64,000 bases of DNA from Candidatus Eiseniibacteriota bacterium (lineage in GTDB: Bacteria; Eisenbacteria; RBG-16-71-46; DASYSL01): contig JANPEF010000061.1 in the NCBI GenBank assembly GCA_031431875.1, positions 32,001 to 96,000 of the forward strand, written 5' to 3'. This document shows positions 37,446-46,996 of the stretch, one piece after another (positions within the stretch are counted from its first letter, which is position 1; each line of letters starts with the position of its first letter). The notes under the pieces were generated by a model. It was not told where the DNA came from. It ran no database searches and saw nothing but the letters and a program-made list of their open reading frames with translations. The translations under genes and the position numbers were made by a program.

Positions 37446-38849
37446 GTGAAGACATCGATGATCGGAACGGTCCTTGTCGCCTTCGCCGCCACCCTGGTCC
37501 TGGCGCCGCAGGCCGGCGCGCGCGACTTCCGCGTGGCCGGCGGCATCCAGTACGTGATCCAGGGCACCAAGGAGAAGGAAAAGGGCAACCTCGAGGATGC
37601 GCAGCGCATCTTCGGCAAGGCCGTCACGAACCTGAAGATGGGCGTCGAGAACGATCCGAAGGACAACGAGGCGTGGCTCTACCTGGGCCAGGCGTACGGC
37701 GAGCTCGACAGCACGAAGCAGTGTGGCGATGCCTTCGCCGAGGCCGTCCGCCGCCTGCAGGGCGATCCGAAGCTCCTCAAGCGTGCGACCGACAACCGCG
37801 ACTACTTCTTCAATGCCGCCTACAACGACGGCCTGAAGAAGTACAAGGACGCGACCGCCATCATGGCGGCCGAGGAGATCCCCAACTCGACCGACCCCAA
37901 GGCGGCCGAGGCCAAGGCCAAGCTGGCCGAGGCTCAGGTGTCGTTCCAGAAGGCGATCGACATCAACGGCACGCGCGCCATCGCCTACGACAACCTGGCG
38001 ATCATGCTGGCGCTGCAGGGCAAGTTCGACCAGGCCGGCCCGGTCGTCGATGCGGGCCTCGCCAACTCCGACCCCAAGGACGGCCCCGAGTACGAGCGCC
38101 TCAAGAGCCGCAAGGACTCGCTCTACAACAACGCCGTCATCGAGCGCCTGAAGGCCAACGACTACGACGGCGCGATCGCGCTGCTCGACGGCATCCTGGT
38201 CAAGAACCCGAACGACTTCGGCGTGCTGACGCGCGCGGCACAGACCTCGTTCGAAAAGGCGAAGAAGCTCGAAGAGGCCAAGGACGAGGCCGGCGCGAAG
38301 GCCGCGTACGCGCAGGCGGCGGGTTATTTCGGCCGCGCCGTTCCAGTCGCGCCCGACGAGTCGAACAAGAAGGACATGATGTACAATCAGGTCGTGGCCA
38401 GCCAGGCTGCGGGCGATCCGAAGACCGCGGCCAGGGTCGCCTTCGACCTCGTGCAGATCGACCCGAAGGACGTCACCTATCACCGGCTGCTGCGCAGCGC
38501 CTACGACAAGATGCGCGCGGTGGACAAGGCGGCCGAGGAGGTCTGGGCCATCCTGGGTCTCGGCGACACCGCAACGCCGGTTGCCGATCTGCCCGCATTC
38601 CTCGCCACGGTCACCAAGACCAGCGAGGCCGGCAAGGCCCTGGCCCAGTTCGGCCCGCCCGATGAGGTCCGCCAGTTCAACAGCGGGGACATGAAGGTGG
38701 ACGTCTGGTACTGGTGGACGAAGAAGCGCTGCATCGCGTTCACCGGCGGGCGCAAGGTCGGCGAAGCAAACTTTGGTGAGTTCGCGGGCGACGTGCCGGC
38801 GCCGACGGCGAAGCCGGCGACCAAGGCCGGCGCGACCAAGAAGGGCTGA
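37446..38849 (+). CDS. Exported tetratricopeptide-repeat protein
   Basis: AAGGAG RBS, signal peptide and TPR-like helices (EAWLYLGQAY, AYDNLAIML). The C-terminus has a small FGPPD...WYW domain. Confidence 0.85.
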   Translation: MKTSMIGTVLVAFAATLVLAPQAGARDFRVAGGIQYVIQGTKEKEKGNLEDAQRIFGKAVTNLKMGVENDPKDNEAWLYLGQAYGELDSTKQCGDAFAEAVRRLQGDPKLLKRATDNRDYFFNAAYNDGLKKYKDATAIMAAEEIPNSTDPKAAEAKAKLAEAQVSFQKAIDINGTRAIAYDNLAIMLALQGKFDQAGPVVDAGLANSDPKDGPEYERLKSRKDSLYNNAVIERLKANDYDGAIALLDGILVKNPNDFGVLTRAAQTSFEKAKKLEEAKDEAGAKAAYAQAAGYFGRAVPVAPDESNKKDMMYNQVVASQAAGDPKTAARVAFDLVQIDPKDVTYHRLLRSAYDKMRAVDKAAEEVWAILGLGDTATPVADLPAFLATVTKTSEAGKALAQFGPPDEVRQFNSGDMKVDVWYWWTKKRCIAFTGGRKVGEANFGEFAGDVPAPTAKPATKAGATKKG

Positions 38850-38851
38850 CC

Positions 38852-39868
38852 TTGATCGACGGGACCGTCGCCATCCTCGGCTACGGTCACCAGGGTCGCG
38901 CCCAAGCGCTGAACCTGCGCGATCAAGGACTGCGCGTCGTCGTCGGCGCGCGCACGGGCGGGGCGGGGGCGACGCGAGCGATCGCGGACGGCTTCGCCCC
39001 GCTTCCGCTTTCCGCCGCAGCCGCGGCAGCCGCGGCCGGCGCGCCGGGGGGCGCGGGTGTGCTCGCGCTGCTGCTGCCCGACGACCTGATCCCCACCCTC
39101 GTGCGCGACGAGATCGCGCCCGCGATCACCCCCGGCACCACCCTGCTGCTCGCCCACGGCTCGGCGATCGTCTATGGCGGACTGGTCGCGCCGCCGGGCT
39201 GCGACCTGGCACTCGTCGCGCCAGCCGCGCCCGGTGCGGTCGTCCGCTCCGCGTTCGAGGCCGGCCGTGGCGTTCCCACCTACGTCGCGGTGGCGGCCGG
39301 TGCGGCCGACCCGGCGCGGGCGCGCGCGCGGGCGTTCGCCTGGGCGCGGGCGCTCGGAGCGGAACTCCCCGGCGGCACGCTGCTCGAGACCGACGTCGAG
39401 AGCGAAACCGTCATCGACCTGTTCGGCGAACAGGCGGTGGTCGTCGGCGGCGTCACCGAGCTGGTCGAGGCCGCGTATCTCACGCTGGTCGAGGCCGGCT
39501 ACGACGAGCGGGTGGCCTACCTCGAGGTCGTCCACCAGCTCAAGCACCTGGTCGACGTGATTCACGCCGAGGGACCCGACGCGCTGCGCGACCGCATCTC
39601 GGGGACCGCGCTGTACGGTGCGCTGACCCGCGGGCCGCGGGTGATCAATGCGGTCTCACGCGCCGCGATGGTCAACCTGCTCGAGGAGATCGAGACCGGC
39701 GCGTTTGCCGCCGAGCGGGCGGCCGACCTCGCCGCCGGGAGCCCCAGGCAGGCGGCGCTGCGGGAGGCGGCCCGGGCCCGGGGGCTGACCGCGGCCCGGG
39801 CCCGGGCCCTGGCCGGAGCCGGCGGGCCCGCGGACGGGTCCCCGGGGGCCGACCCCTCGTCGCGCTAA
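38852..39868 (+). CDS. ilvC: Ketol-acid reductoisomerase (divergent)
   Basis: GYGHQGRAQALNLRDQG, LLPD, DLFGEQAV, LVEAGY, AYLE and ISGTALYG motifs. Confidence 0.85.
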   Translation: MIDGTVAILGYGHQGRAQALNLRDQGLRVVVGARTGGAGATRAIADGFAPLPLSAAAAAAAAGAPGGAGVLALLLPDDLIPTLVRDEIAPAITPGTTLLLAHGSAIVYGGLVAPPGCDLALVAPAAPGAVVRSAFEAGRGVPTYVAVAAGAADPARARARAFAWARALGAELPGGTLLETDVESETVIDLFGEQAVVVGGVTELVEAAYLTLVEAGYDERVAYLEVVHQLKHLVDVIHAEGPDALRDRISGTALYGALTRGPRVINAVSRAAMVNLLEEIETGAFAAERAADLAAGSPRQAALREAARARGLTAARARALAGAGGPADGSPGADPSSR

Positions 39869-39887
39869 TCCGTTGCGCAAAAACTGA

Positions 39888-39915
39888 TTGACAGATTTCA
39901 GGTAGACCTTACGCT
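39888..39915 (+). promoter_or_regulatory. Possible sigma70 promoter of the HU/IHF gene
   Basis: TTGACA-N16-TACGCT in an AT-richer patch. Confidence 0.5.
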
Positions 39916-39977
39916 GCCTCACGGCTCCCGGGAGGGGGGCCTTCCCAAGGGAACGACCGGTGGCGCGGAGGCTCAAG

Positions 39978-40256
39978 ATGACCAAGGCCGACATCGTCGA
40001 CCAGATCGCCGAACGGACGGGGTTGACCAAGAAGGACGTGGCCGACACCGTGGACGGATTCCTCGAGGCCGTGAGCCGCGCGCTCGCCAACGGCCATCAC
40101 ATCGAGATCCGGGGTTTCGGCACGTTCAAGGTCAAGGACCGCAAGTCTCGACTGGCCCGGAACCCGCGCACGGGTGAGGCTGTCCCGGTGCCGCCGCGCA
40201 AGGTGCCCGTCTTCAAGGTGAGCAAGGAATTGAAGGACATGGTCGCGCAGGGCTGA
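39978..40256 (+). CDS. HU/IHF family DNA-binding protein
   Basis: MTKADIV, IRGFGTF and ARNPRTGE motifs. GGAGG RBS. Confidence 0.95.
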   Translation: MTKADIVDQIAERTGLTKKDVADTVDGFLEAVSRALANGHHIEIRGFGTFKVKDRKSRLARNPRTGEAVPVPPRKVPVFKVSKELKDMVAQG

Positions 40257-40386
40257 GGCCCGCGCTGCCGGAGAGATTCGATCGGATTCGCAGTGCGTTC
40301 GCAGCAACCTATGCCTGTGTTACGACTTGCCCGCGCCCGGACCTCCCTCGAGCGCGGGCATTTTCCTTCGTCCCGCTGCGCGGGAC

Positions 40387-41070
40387 TCAGTTTCTGGAGT
40401 TGCGCAGCAGCACGAGGCGCAGCAGGCCGAGCAGGGCCATCGCCGCCCCGGCGAGGTAGGTGAGCGCGGCCGCATCGAGCACCTTCTTCGCCATGGCCGC
40501 CTCGTCCGGAGTGGCGATCCCGGCCGACGTCAGGTGCGTGTAGGCGCGGGAGCTGGCATTGAACTCGACCGGCAGCGTCACGACGTGGAACAGCACCACG
40601 CCCGTGAACAGGATGATCCCCAGGTCGATCAGCCACAGCCCGCCGCTGCCCAGGATGATGCCGATGAACGCCAGCGGCATCGCCAGCATCGAGCCCAAGT
40701 TCGCGGGGCCGAGCAGCGACCAGCGCCAGCGCATCGGCATGTAGCCCTTGGCGTGCTGCAGTGCGTGGCCGACCTCGTGCGCTGCCACCCCGAGGGCGGC
40801 GATCGAGTCCGAGCCGTAGACGTCGTCGGACAGGCGCACGACGCGCTTGGTCGGGTCGTAGTGGTCGGTCAGTCTGCCTGGCACGTGCTCGACCTGGACG
40901 TCTCCCGCGCCGAAGGCGTTGAGCAACGCGCGCGCCGCGTCGTGCCCCGTGCGACCCCCCGAGGTGCGGACCTGCGCGTACTTCTTGAACGTGGAGGTCA
41001 CCTTCCACTGGGCGAAGAATGCGAACAGCATGCCGGGGATGAGCAGGAGCATTGTCGGATCGAAGAACAT
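40387..41070 (-). CDS. Membrane zinc metallopeptidase (YugP/Zn_peptidase_2)
   Basis: LTDHYDP, AAHEVGHALQH, TLPVEFNASSRA and AAALTY motifs. Confidence 0.93.
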   Translation of the reverse strand: MFFDPTMLLLIPGMLFAFFAQWKVTSTFKKYAQVRTSGGRTGHDAARALLNAFGAGDVQVEHVPGRLTDHYDPTKRVVRLSDDVYGSDSIAALGVAAHEVGHALQHAKGYMPMRWRWSLLGPANLGSMLAMPLAFIGIILGSGGLWLIDLGIILFTGVVLFHVVTLPVEFNASSRAYTHLTSAGIATPDEAAMAKKVLDAAALTYLAGAAMALLGLLRLVLLRNSRN

Positions 41071-41192
41071 GGCTGACGACCTCGGGGCGCAGAACGTACT
41101 GTGACGCGGGCGCGCGTCGTGCGCGCCGACATCCCCTTGGACGCTACCCGCGCCGTCCCTGTGCGGTCAACCTTGCGCTCCCGGAGCCCGCC

Positions 41193-42263
41193 GTGTCCCC
41201 ATCCGCCGCTGCCTCGGCCATCGACCTGCGCTCCGACACCGTCACCCGCCCGACCCCGGGGATGCGGGCGGCGATCGCCGCGGCGGTCGTGGGCGACGAC
41301 GTCTACGACGACGATCCGACGATCCACGCGCTGCAGGACCGGGTCGCGGCGCTGGCCGGCAAGGCCGCCGGGCTGTTCGTTCCCAGCGGCACGATGGGGA
41401 ACCAGATCGCGGTGCACGTCCAGACGGAGCCCGGCGACGAGGTCCTGCTCGAGCGCGGCAGTCACATCTTCAACTACGAGTCGGGCGGCGCCGCCGCGCT
41501 CTCGGGCGTGCAGCTTCATCCTCTCGCGGGCGTCCGCGGCGGGCTCGATCCGGTGACCGTGCTGGCCGCCGTGCGCGACCCCGACGTGCACGCACCGCCG
41601 GCCCGCCTGCTCTGCCTCGAGAACACCCACAACCGCGCCGGGGGCGCGATCGTGCCGCTGGCGGCGCTGGTCGCCACCGCCGAGGCGGCGCGCGCGCGGG
41701 GGTTGCGCGTCCACCTCGACGGCGCCCGGCTGTGGAATGCAGTCGCCGCCACCGGCGTGCCAATCGCCCGCTGGGCGGCTTCGTTCGACACCGTGATGAT
41801 GTGCTTCTCGAAGGGACTCGGCGCACCGGTGGGCTCGATCCTGCTGGGCGATGCGGCGACCATCGCGCGCGCCCGGCGCGTCCGCAAGCGGCTGGGCGGG
41901 GGGATGCGGCAGGCGGGGATGCTCGCCGCGGCCTGCCTGTACGGGCTCGATCATCACGTCGAGCGCCTGGCCGACGATCACCGCCGGGCGCGTCGGCTGG
42001 CCGAGCTGATCGCCGCCACGCCCGGCCTGGCCTGCGATCCCGCCTCGGTCGAGACGAACATCGTGCTCTTCGAAGTTACGCACCCCGCGTGGAACGGGGC
42101 GGCGGTCGTCGCGGCGCTGGCGGCCCGCGGCGTCCTCGTGGCCACCTTCGGCCCGCGGACGGTCCGGGCGGTGACCCACCTCGATATCGACGACGCGTCC
42201 ATCGAGCGGGCGGGCGAGGGCTTCGCCCGGCTCGCGGTCGATGGCATCCAAGCCTCAATATGA
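41193..42263 (+). CDS. ltaE: Low-specificity L-threonine aldolase
   Basis: IDLRSDTVT, PSGTMGN, LENTHN, HLDGARLWNA and CFSKGLGAPVGS motifs. The start is approximate. Confidence 0.93.
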   Translation: MSPSAAASAIDLRSDTVTRPTPGMRAAIAAAVVGDDVYDDDPTIHALQDRVAALAGKAAGLFVPSGTMGNQIAVHVQTEPGDEVLLERGSHIFNYESGGAAALSGVQLHPLAGVRGGLDPVTVLAAVRDPDVHAPPARLLCLENTHNRAGGAIVPLAALVATAEAARARGLRVHLDGARLWNAVAATGVPIARWAASFDTVMMCFSKGLGAPVGSILLGDAATIARARRVRKRLGGGMRQAGMLAAACLYGLDHHVERLADDHRRARRLAELIAATPGLACDPASVETNIVLFEVTHPAWNGAAVVAALAARGVLVATFGPRTVRAVTHLDIDDASIERAGEGFARLAVDGIQASI

Positions 42264-42301
42264 CAATCACTTGCGCGCACGGGGTGGGGGGTGCATGCGG
42301 C

Positions 42302-42330
42302 TTGTGACCCCCCGCCCGGTGTGCTAGTTT
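42302..42330 (+). promoter_or_regulatory. sigma70-type promoter (extended -10) directly before the nadE-like gene
   Basis: TTGTGA-N17-TAGTTT with a TG at the extended position. The ATG follows 9 nt later with no SD sequence. Confidence 0.5.
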
Positions 42331-42339
42331 CCGGCTCGT

Positions 42340-43137
42340 ATGGATTGGACGGCGTCGGATCCCACCGGCGTGTGGGCCCGTTGGCGCACCCGGACGCCGG
42401 ACCTGCGCGCACAGATTGCAGACCTGCTGCAGCGGGAGCTCACGCTGCGCGGGCAGTCGCGTGTCGTCCTCGGTCTCTCGGGCGGGCTCGACTCCACGGT
42501 TGCCGCCACGCTCTGCGTCGACGCGCTTGGCGCACCAAACGTGCTCGGCGTGCTGCTCCCGCACCGATCCTCCGACACGCAGGCACTGTCGTCCGCCCAG
42601 GGCATCGTCAACACGCTGGGCATCACCACCCGGCGCGTCAACGTGAGCCCGATGGTCGACGCGTACTTCGCGAACTTCCCGGATGCCAGCCGCGAGCGGC
42701 GGGCCGTACGCCTGGCCTGGGAGCGCCTGGCGATCCTGCACGACTTCGGTGCCCATTACGGCGGCATGGTGCTGCAGATCGTCAATCGCTCGGACCTGGC
42801 GCTCGATTTTGGCCCGGAGCCAAGGCTCCCGGCGCTTGCGGTGCGTCCGTTCGAGGGGGTCTACAAGTCGCAGCTCCGCCTGCTCGGGCAGTCGCTCGAG
42901 ATTTCGCAAATGGTGCTCGATCGCCGGCCGTCGCTCGACTCCTATCCCGGTCAGGCCGACGAGTCCGAACTGGGCGCCAGCTACGAGACCATCGACCCGG
43001 TGCTCGAGTGGCTGCTCGATCACAAGGGGACGCCCGAAAAGGTGGTGAGTCTCGGCTATCCCGCAGAGGTCGTGGAGCGGGTGCAGGCGCGACTTGACCG
43101 GCGTCGCGACAGCCCGCTGCCCGTCGCGCTGGCGTGA
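42340..43137 (+). CDS. NH3-dependent NAD+ synthetase-like protein with degenerate active-site motifs
   Basis: VVLGLSGGLDSTV PP-loop, YKSQLR and PS..YPGQADESELGASYETID motifs. The ARxRM, GTxNxSE and TKYGD motifs are substituted. Confidence 0.8.
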   Translation: MDWTASDPTGVWARWRTRTPDLRAQIADLLQRELTLRGQSRVVLGLSGGLDSTVAATLCVDALGAPNVLGVLLPHRSSDTQALSSAQGIVNTLGITTRRVNVSPMVDAYFANFPDASRERRAVRLAWERLAILHDFGAHYGGMVLQIVNRSDLALDFGPEPRLPALAVRPFEGVYKSQLRLLGQSLEISQMVLDRRPSLDSYPGQADESELGASYETIDPVLEWLLDHKGTPEKVVSLGYPAEVVERVQARLDRRRDSPLPVALA

Positions 43138-43144
43138 GGCGGTG

Positions 43145-44044
43145 GTGAGCGAGGGCCCGCTCGAACGGGGCGCTCTCTATGTCGTGGCGACGCCGATCGG
43201 CAACCTCGGGGACCTGTCCCCGCGGGCGCTCGCGGTGCTGCGCGCCGTCGACTGGATCGCCGCCGAGGACACGCGGCACAGCGGTGGGTTGCTGACGCGC
43301 TTCGCGATCGAGGTGCCGCTGATCTCGGCCCACGCCCACAACGAGCGGGGGCGGGCCGAGGACCTGGTGGCGCGGCTGGCAGCCGGATCGATCGGCGCGC
43401 TGATCGTCGACGCCGGCAGCCCGGGCATCAGCGATCCGGGCGCACGCATCGTGCGCCGAGTCGCCGAGGCCGGGTTTCCGGTGCGGGTCGTGCCCGGGCC
43501 GAGCGCGGTCATCGCCGCGCTTTCGCTCTCGGGATTCTCTGCCGACGCATTTACCTTCGGCGGCTTCTTGCCGCCGAAGGATGCAGCGCGGGACACGAAG
43601 TTGCGCGCCCTGCTCGCTCGGAGCGAGACGGTGGTCGTCTACGAGGCGCCGCACCGCGTGCGGGCCACGCTCGAGGCGCTGGCGCGGCTGGCGCCGGGCC
43701 GCCCGATGGCGGCGTGCCGCGAGCTGACCAAGCTGCACGAGGAGACGCTTCGCGGCGACGCGGCCGCGGTGCTCGCGCAGATCTCCCCCGAGCGGGAGCG
43801 AGGGGAGTGGGTTCTGGTGATCGCGGGGCCGGGCAAGGATGAGGTGGAACCGGCTGACGCGGCAGACGCGGACGCTGGTGCGGCTGGCGCCGGTGGCGCC
43901 GACATCGGTGGCGCCGATATGGATCCGCGCGCGCGTTATGTCGCGGCGCAGGTGGCCAGCGGCGCGAGCCCCGACGAGGCGCGGCGTCGCGCCGAGTTCG
44001 TGCTCGGCCCGGAGCGGCGCCGCCGCGGGAAGGAGCGCGCATGA
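43145..44044 (+). CDS. rsmI: 16S rRNA (cytidine1402-2'-O)-methyltransferase
   Basis: LYVVATPIGNLGD, AAEDTR, DAGSPGISDPG, YEAPHR and RELTKLHEE motifs. Confidence 0.95.
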   Translation: MSEGPLERGALYVVATPIGNLGDLSPRALAVLRAVDWIAAEDTRHSGGLLTRFAIEVPLISAHAHNERGRAEDLVARLAAGSIGALIVDAGSPGISDPGARIVRRVAEAGFPVRVVPGPSAVIAALSLSGFSADAFTFGGFLPPKDAARDTKLRALLARSETVVVYEAPHRVRATLEALARLAPGRPMAACRELTKLHEETLRGDAAAVLAQISPERERGEWVLVIAGPGKDEVEPADAADADAGAAGAGGADIGGADMDPRARYVAAQVASGASPDEARRRAEFVLGPERRRRGKERA

Positions 44045-44754
44045 ACGCCGGAACCGCGGCGATCGATCGGCTGAAGGACGGCGGGCGGCGCGTGGTGCGC
44101 GGCCTGCTCGATCCCGTCGTGGCGCTCCTCGCCCGCATCGGTGTCGCGCCCGATCACGTGACGTGGACCGGCCTGCTCGTGACCTGTGCCGGTGGTGGGT
44201 TGTTCGCGGTCGGACGGTTTCGCGCGGGCGCGCTGGTGGCGCTCGTCGGTTGCCTGATGGACACGCTCGACGGCGGCCTGGCGCGGGCGAAGAACGGCGT
44301 CACCCGCTGGGGCGCGTTCCTTGACTCGACGACGGACCGCATCGCCGATGCGGCGCTGTTCCTCGGGATCGCGGCGCACTACGCGCAGCACCCGCTGTCG
44401 CTTCTGAGCGACGAGGATCGGCTGACCGACCTGCTGCTCGGTCCGCCCCTGGCGACGGCGCTGGTGCGCGACGGCGCGGCCGAGGCGATGTGCTACGCGC
44501 TGCTGGCCCTGCTGGCGATGGTGGCCGCATTGATCGTGTCGTACACCCGCGCCCGCATGGAGGGCGTGGGAGTGGAGTGCCGGGCCGGCTGGTTCGAGCG
44601 GCCCGAGCGCCTGGTGGTCCTGCTCGGAGCCGCCCTGTTCGGTGCGGCGTCCCCGGTGATGCCGTGGGCGCTCGCGGCTCTGGTCGTGTTGTCTTCAATC
44701 ACCGTGATCCAGCGCGTCGCGTACGCGCGATCGCGGCTTTCGGGCTCCGCCTGA
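44041..44754 (+). CDS. CDP-alcohol phosphatidyltransferase, probable phosphatidylinositol-phosphate synthase
   Basis: DTLDGGLAR...GAFLDSTTDR signature, VSYTRAR and ERPER motifs. Adjacent to ino1. Confidence 0.88.
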   Translation: MNAGTAAIDRLKDGGRRVVRGLLDPVVALLARIGVAPDHVTWTGLLVTCAGGGLFAVGRFRAGALVALVGCLMDTLDGGLARAKNGVTRWGAFLDSTTDRIADAALFLGIAAHYAQHPLSLLSDEDRLTDLLLGPPLATALVRDGAAEAMCYALLALLAMVAALIVSYTRARMEGVGVECRAGWFERPERLVVLLGAALFGAASPVMPWALAALVVLSSITVIQRVAYARSRLSGSA

Positions 44755-44787
44755 CGCGGAGCCGGTTCCCCAGGGAGGCTGTCCAAG

Positions 44788-45999
44788 ATGGGTAAGGTTC
44801 GGGTTGCGATCATCGGCGTCGGCAACTGCGCATCGTCCTTCGTCCAGGGCGTGCAGTACTACCAGAACGCCAGGGACGAGGACCGCGTGCCGGGCCTCAT
44901 GCACGTGAACCTGGGCGGCTACCACATCCGGGACATCGAGTTCTCGGCCGCCATCGACATCGACAAGAACAAGGTCGGCAAGGACCTCGCCGAGGCGATC
45001 TTCACCAAGCCGAACAACACGCTGAAGTTCTCGCCGGTGCCGAAGACGGGCCTCACCGTCCAGCGCGGCATGACGCACGACGGCCTCGGCAAGTACCTGT
45101 CGAAGATCATCCAGAAAGCGCCGGGCTCGACGGTCGACATCGTCAAGCTGCTCAAGGACTCGAAGACCGACGTGGTCGTGTCGTACCTGCCGGTCGGCTC
45201 GGAAGAGGCGACCAAGTGGTACGTCGAACAGATCCTCGAGGCCGGTTGCGCCTTCGTCAACTGCATCCCGGTGTTCATCGCCCGCGAGCCTTACTGGCAG
45301 CGGCGCTTCGAGGCGAAGGGCCTGCCGGTCATCGGCGACGACATCAAGTCGCAGGTCGGCGCGACGATCACGCACCGCGTCCTGACCAGCCTGTTCGTCG
45401 ATCGCGGCGTCCGCATCGATCGCACGTACCAGCTGAACTTCGGGGGCAACACCGACTTCCTGAACATGCTCGAGCGCGAGCGCCTCGAGTCGAAGAAGAT
45501 CTCGAAGACGAACGCGGTGACGAGCATGATCCCGTACGAGATGGACGAGGCGAACGTGCACGTCGGTCCGTCGGACTACGTCCCCTGGCTGCTCGATCGC
45601 AAGTGGTGCCACATCCGCATGGAGGGCACGACGTTCGGCGACGTGCCGCTCAACCTCGACATGAAGCTCGAGGTGTGGGACTCGCCCAACTCGGCCGGCG
45701 TCGTCATCGACGCGGTGCGCTGCGCCAAGCTGGCGCTCGACCACGGCCTCAAGGGCGCGCTGATCGGACCGTCTTCGTACTTCAAGAAGTCGCCGCCGGT
45801 GCAGTACCCCGACGACCAGGCGCGCCAGATGGTCGAGGACTTCATCACCAAGTACGGGAAGAAGGGCGCCCGCAAGATGTCGGCGAAGCCAGCGAAGCCA
45901 GCGAAGCCAGCGAAGGCGACGAAGGCCGCGAAAGCCGGCCGTGCCGTGGCTCCGGCGAAGAAGGCGAAGCCCGTCACGAAGGCGGGGAAGAAGAAATAA
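44788..45999 (+). CDS. ino1: myo-inositol-1(3)-phosphate synthase with Lys/Ala-rich tail
   Basis: [43 protein letters not shown] and YFKKSPP motifs. Confidence 0.96.
   Translation: MGKVRVAIIGVGNCASSFVQGVQYYQNARDEDRVPGLMHVNLGGYHIRDIEFSAAIDIDKNKVGKDLAEAIFTKPNNTLKFSPVPKTGLTVQRGMTHDGLGKYLSKIIQKAPGSTVDIVKLLKDSKTDVVVSYLPVGSEEATKWYVEQILEAGCAFVNCIPVFIAREPYWQRRFEAKGLPVIGDDIKSQVGATITHRVLTSLFVDRGVRIDRTYQLNFGGNTDFLNMLERERLESKKISKTNAVTSMIPYEMDEANVHVGPSDYVPWLLDRKWCHIRMEGTTFGDVPLNLDMKLEVWDSPNSAGVVIDAVRCAKLALDHGLKGALIGPSSYFKKSPPVQYPDDQARQMVEDFITKYGKKGARKMSAKPAKPAKPAKATKAAKAGRAVAPAKKAKPVTKAGKKK
45883..45915 (+). repeat. 9-bp tandem repeat (GCGAAGCCA) x3.7 encoding AKP repeats
   Basis: Read directly from the sequence. 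Confidence 0.9.
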
Positions 46000-46027
46000 C
46001 CCTTCCGCCCCGTTCTGGATGGACTCG

Positions 46028-46056
46028 ACGAGCCCGGGAGCACACCCCGGGCTCGT
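46028..46056 (+). terminator. Hairpin downstream of ino1
   Basis: ACGAGCCCGGG-N7-CCCGGGCTCGT, an 11-bp stem with a weak tail. Confidence 0.5.
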
Positions 46057-46177
46057 TCGATCTCCTGCCGAGCGTCGCCTGTCGCTCACGATGGAGTGGC
46101 GCTGGCGTCGGGCGTGGGAGAAGCTTGACCGCAGGCCGGGCGCAGCGGGACCTCGCAAGGGTCCTCGAGAGGACATC

Positions 46178-46954
46178 ATGCTTCGACATCGCGTTGCGTT
46201 CATCACCATGGTCCTGGCCGTGCCCCTCGCCTTCGTGGCGGTGGGATGCGGTGACTCTCCCGCCGAGCCCCCGCGCGTCGTGTCCCCGCCCGAGCCCGAG
46301 GCGCTTCGAGTGTTCTTCGTCGGGAACAGCCTCACGTACGTGAACGATCTTCCGCAGATGGTCGCGGCGCTCTCCCGCGCGGCGGGGGACGACCCGCCGC
46401 TCGAAACCGGGAGCGTGACGTTCGGGGGCTATGCGCTCGAGGATCACCTGGCCGAGGGCAGTGCCGCGCGCGCCATCGCCGAGGGCGGGTGGGACGTCGT
46501 CGTGCTGCAGCAGGGCCCGTCGGCCCTGCCCGAGAGTCGAGTGAATCTCATCGAGTTCTCCGGCCGCTTCGCCACGCTCATCCGCGCCGCTGGCGCCCGC
46601 CCGGCGCTCTACGGCGTGTGGCCTTCGGAGGATCGAAGCTTCGACCTGGATGCCTGCATCGAGTCGTACCGGCGAGCAGCCATCGCCGTGGATGGACTCT
46701 CGCTCCCGGCCGGTGGGGCATGGAAGTCGGCGTGGGCGCACGATCCTGCGCTGCCGCTCTACGGAGCGGATCGCTTTCACCCCTCGCCGCTCGGCACGTA
46801 CCTCGCCGCGCTCGTGATCTACTCCGAGTTGCTCGACAAGTCGCCGATCGGACTGCCCAGCGAGTTCGACGTCGCGGGATCGCCGCTGTCGATCCCGCAG
46901 GAGCAGGCGGCGCTCGTCCAGGCGGCCGCCGCAGCGGTGAACGGAACGGAGTAG
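46178..46954 (+). CDS. SGNH/GDSL hydrolase-like lipoprotein
   Basis: Lipobox AVGC, VFFVGNSLT, WDVVVLQQ and DRFHPS motifs. Confidence 0.85.
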   Translation: MLRHRVAFITMVLAVPLAFVAVGCGDSPAEPPRVVSPPEPEALRVFFVGNSLTYVNDLPQMVAALSRAAGDDPPLETGSVTFGGYALEDHLAEGSAARAIAEGGWDVVVLQQGPSALPESRVNLIEFSGRFATLIRAAGARPALYGVWPSEDRSFDLDACIESYRRAAIAVDGLSLPAGGAWKSAWAHDPALPLYGADRFHPSPLGTYLAALVIYSELLDKSPIGLPSEFDVAGSPLSIPQEQAALVQAAAAAVNGTE

Positions 46955-46996
46955 TCTCCCGGCTGGCCCTAACGGACTCGGAGGTGGCCCATTTCC

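Noticed and set aside
42340..43137. nadE-like gene as the missing larE
   Set aside because: It shares only the PP-loop. It has a single Cys near the N-terminus, no CxxC, and an overall NadE-like layout.
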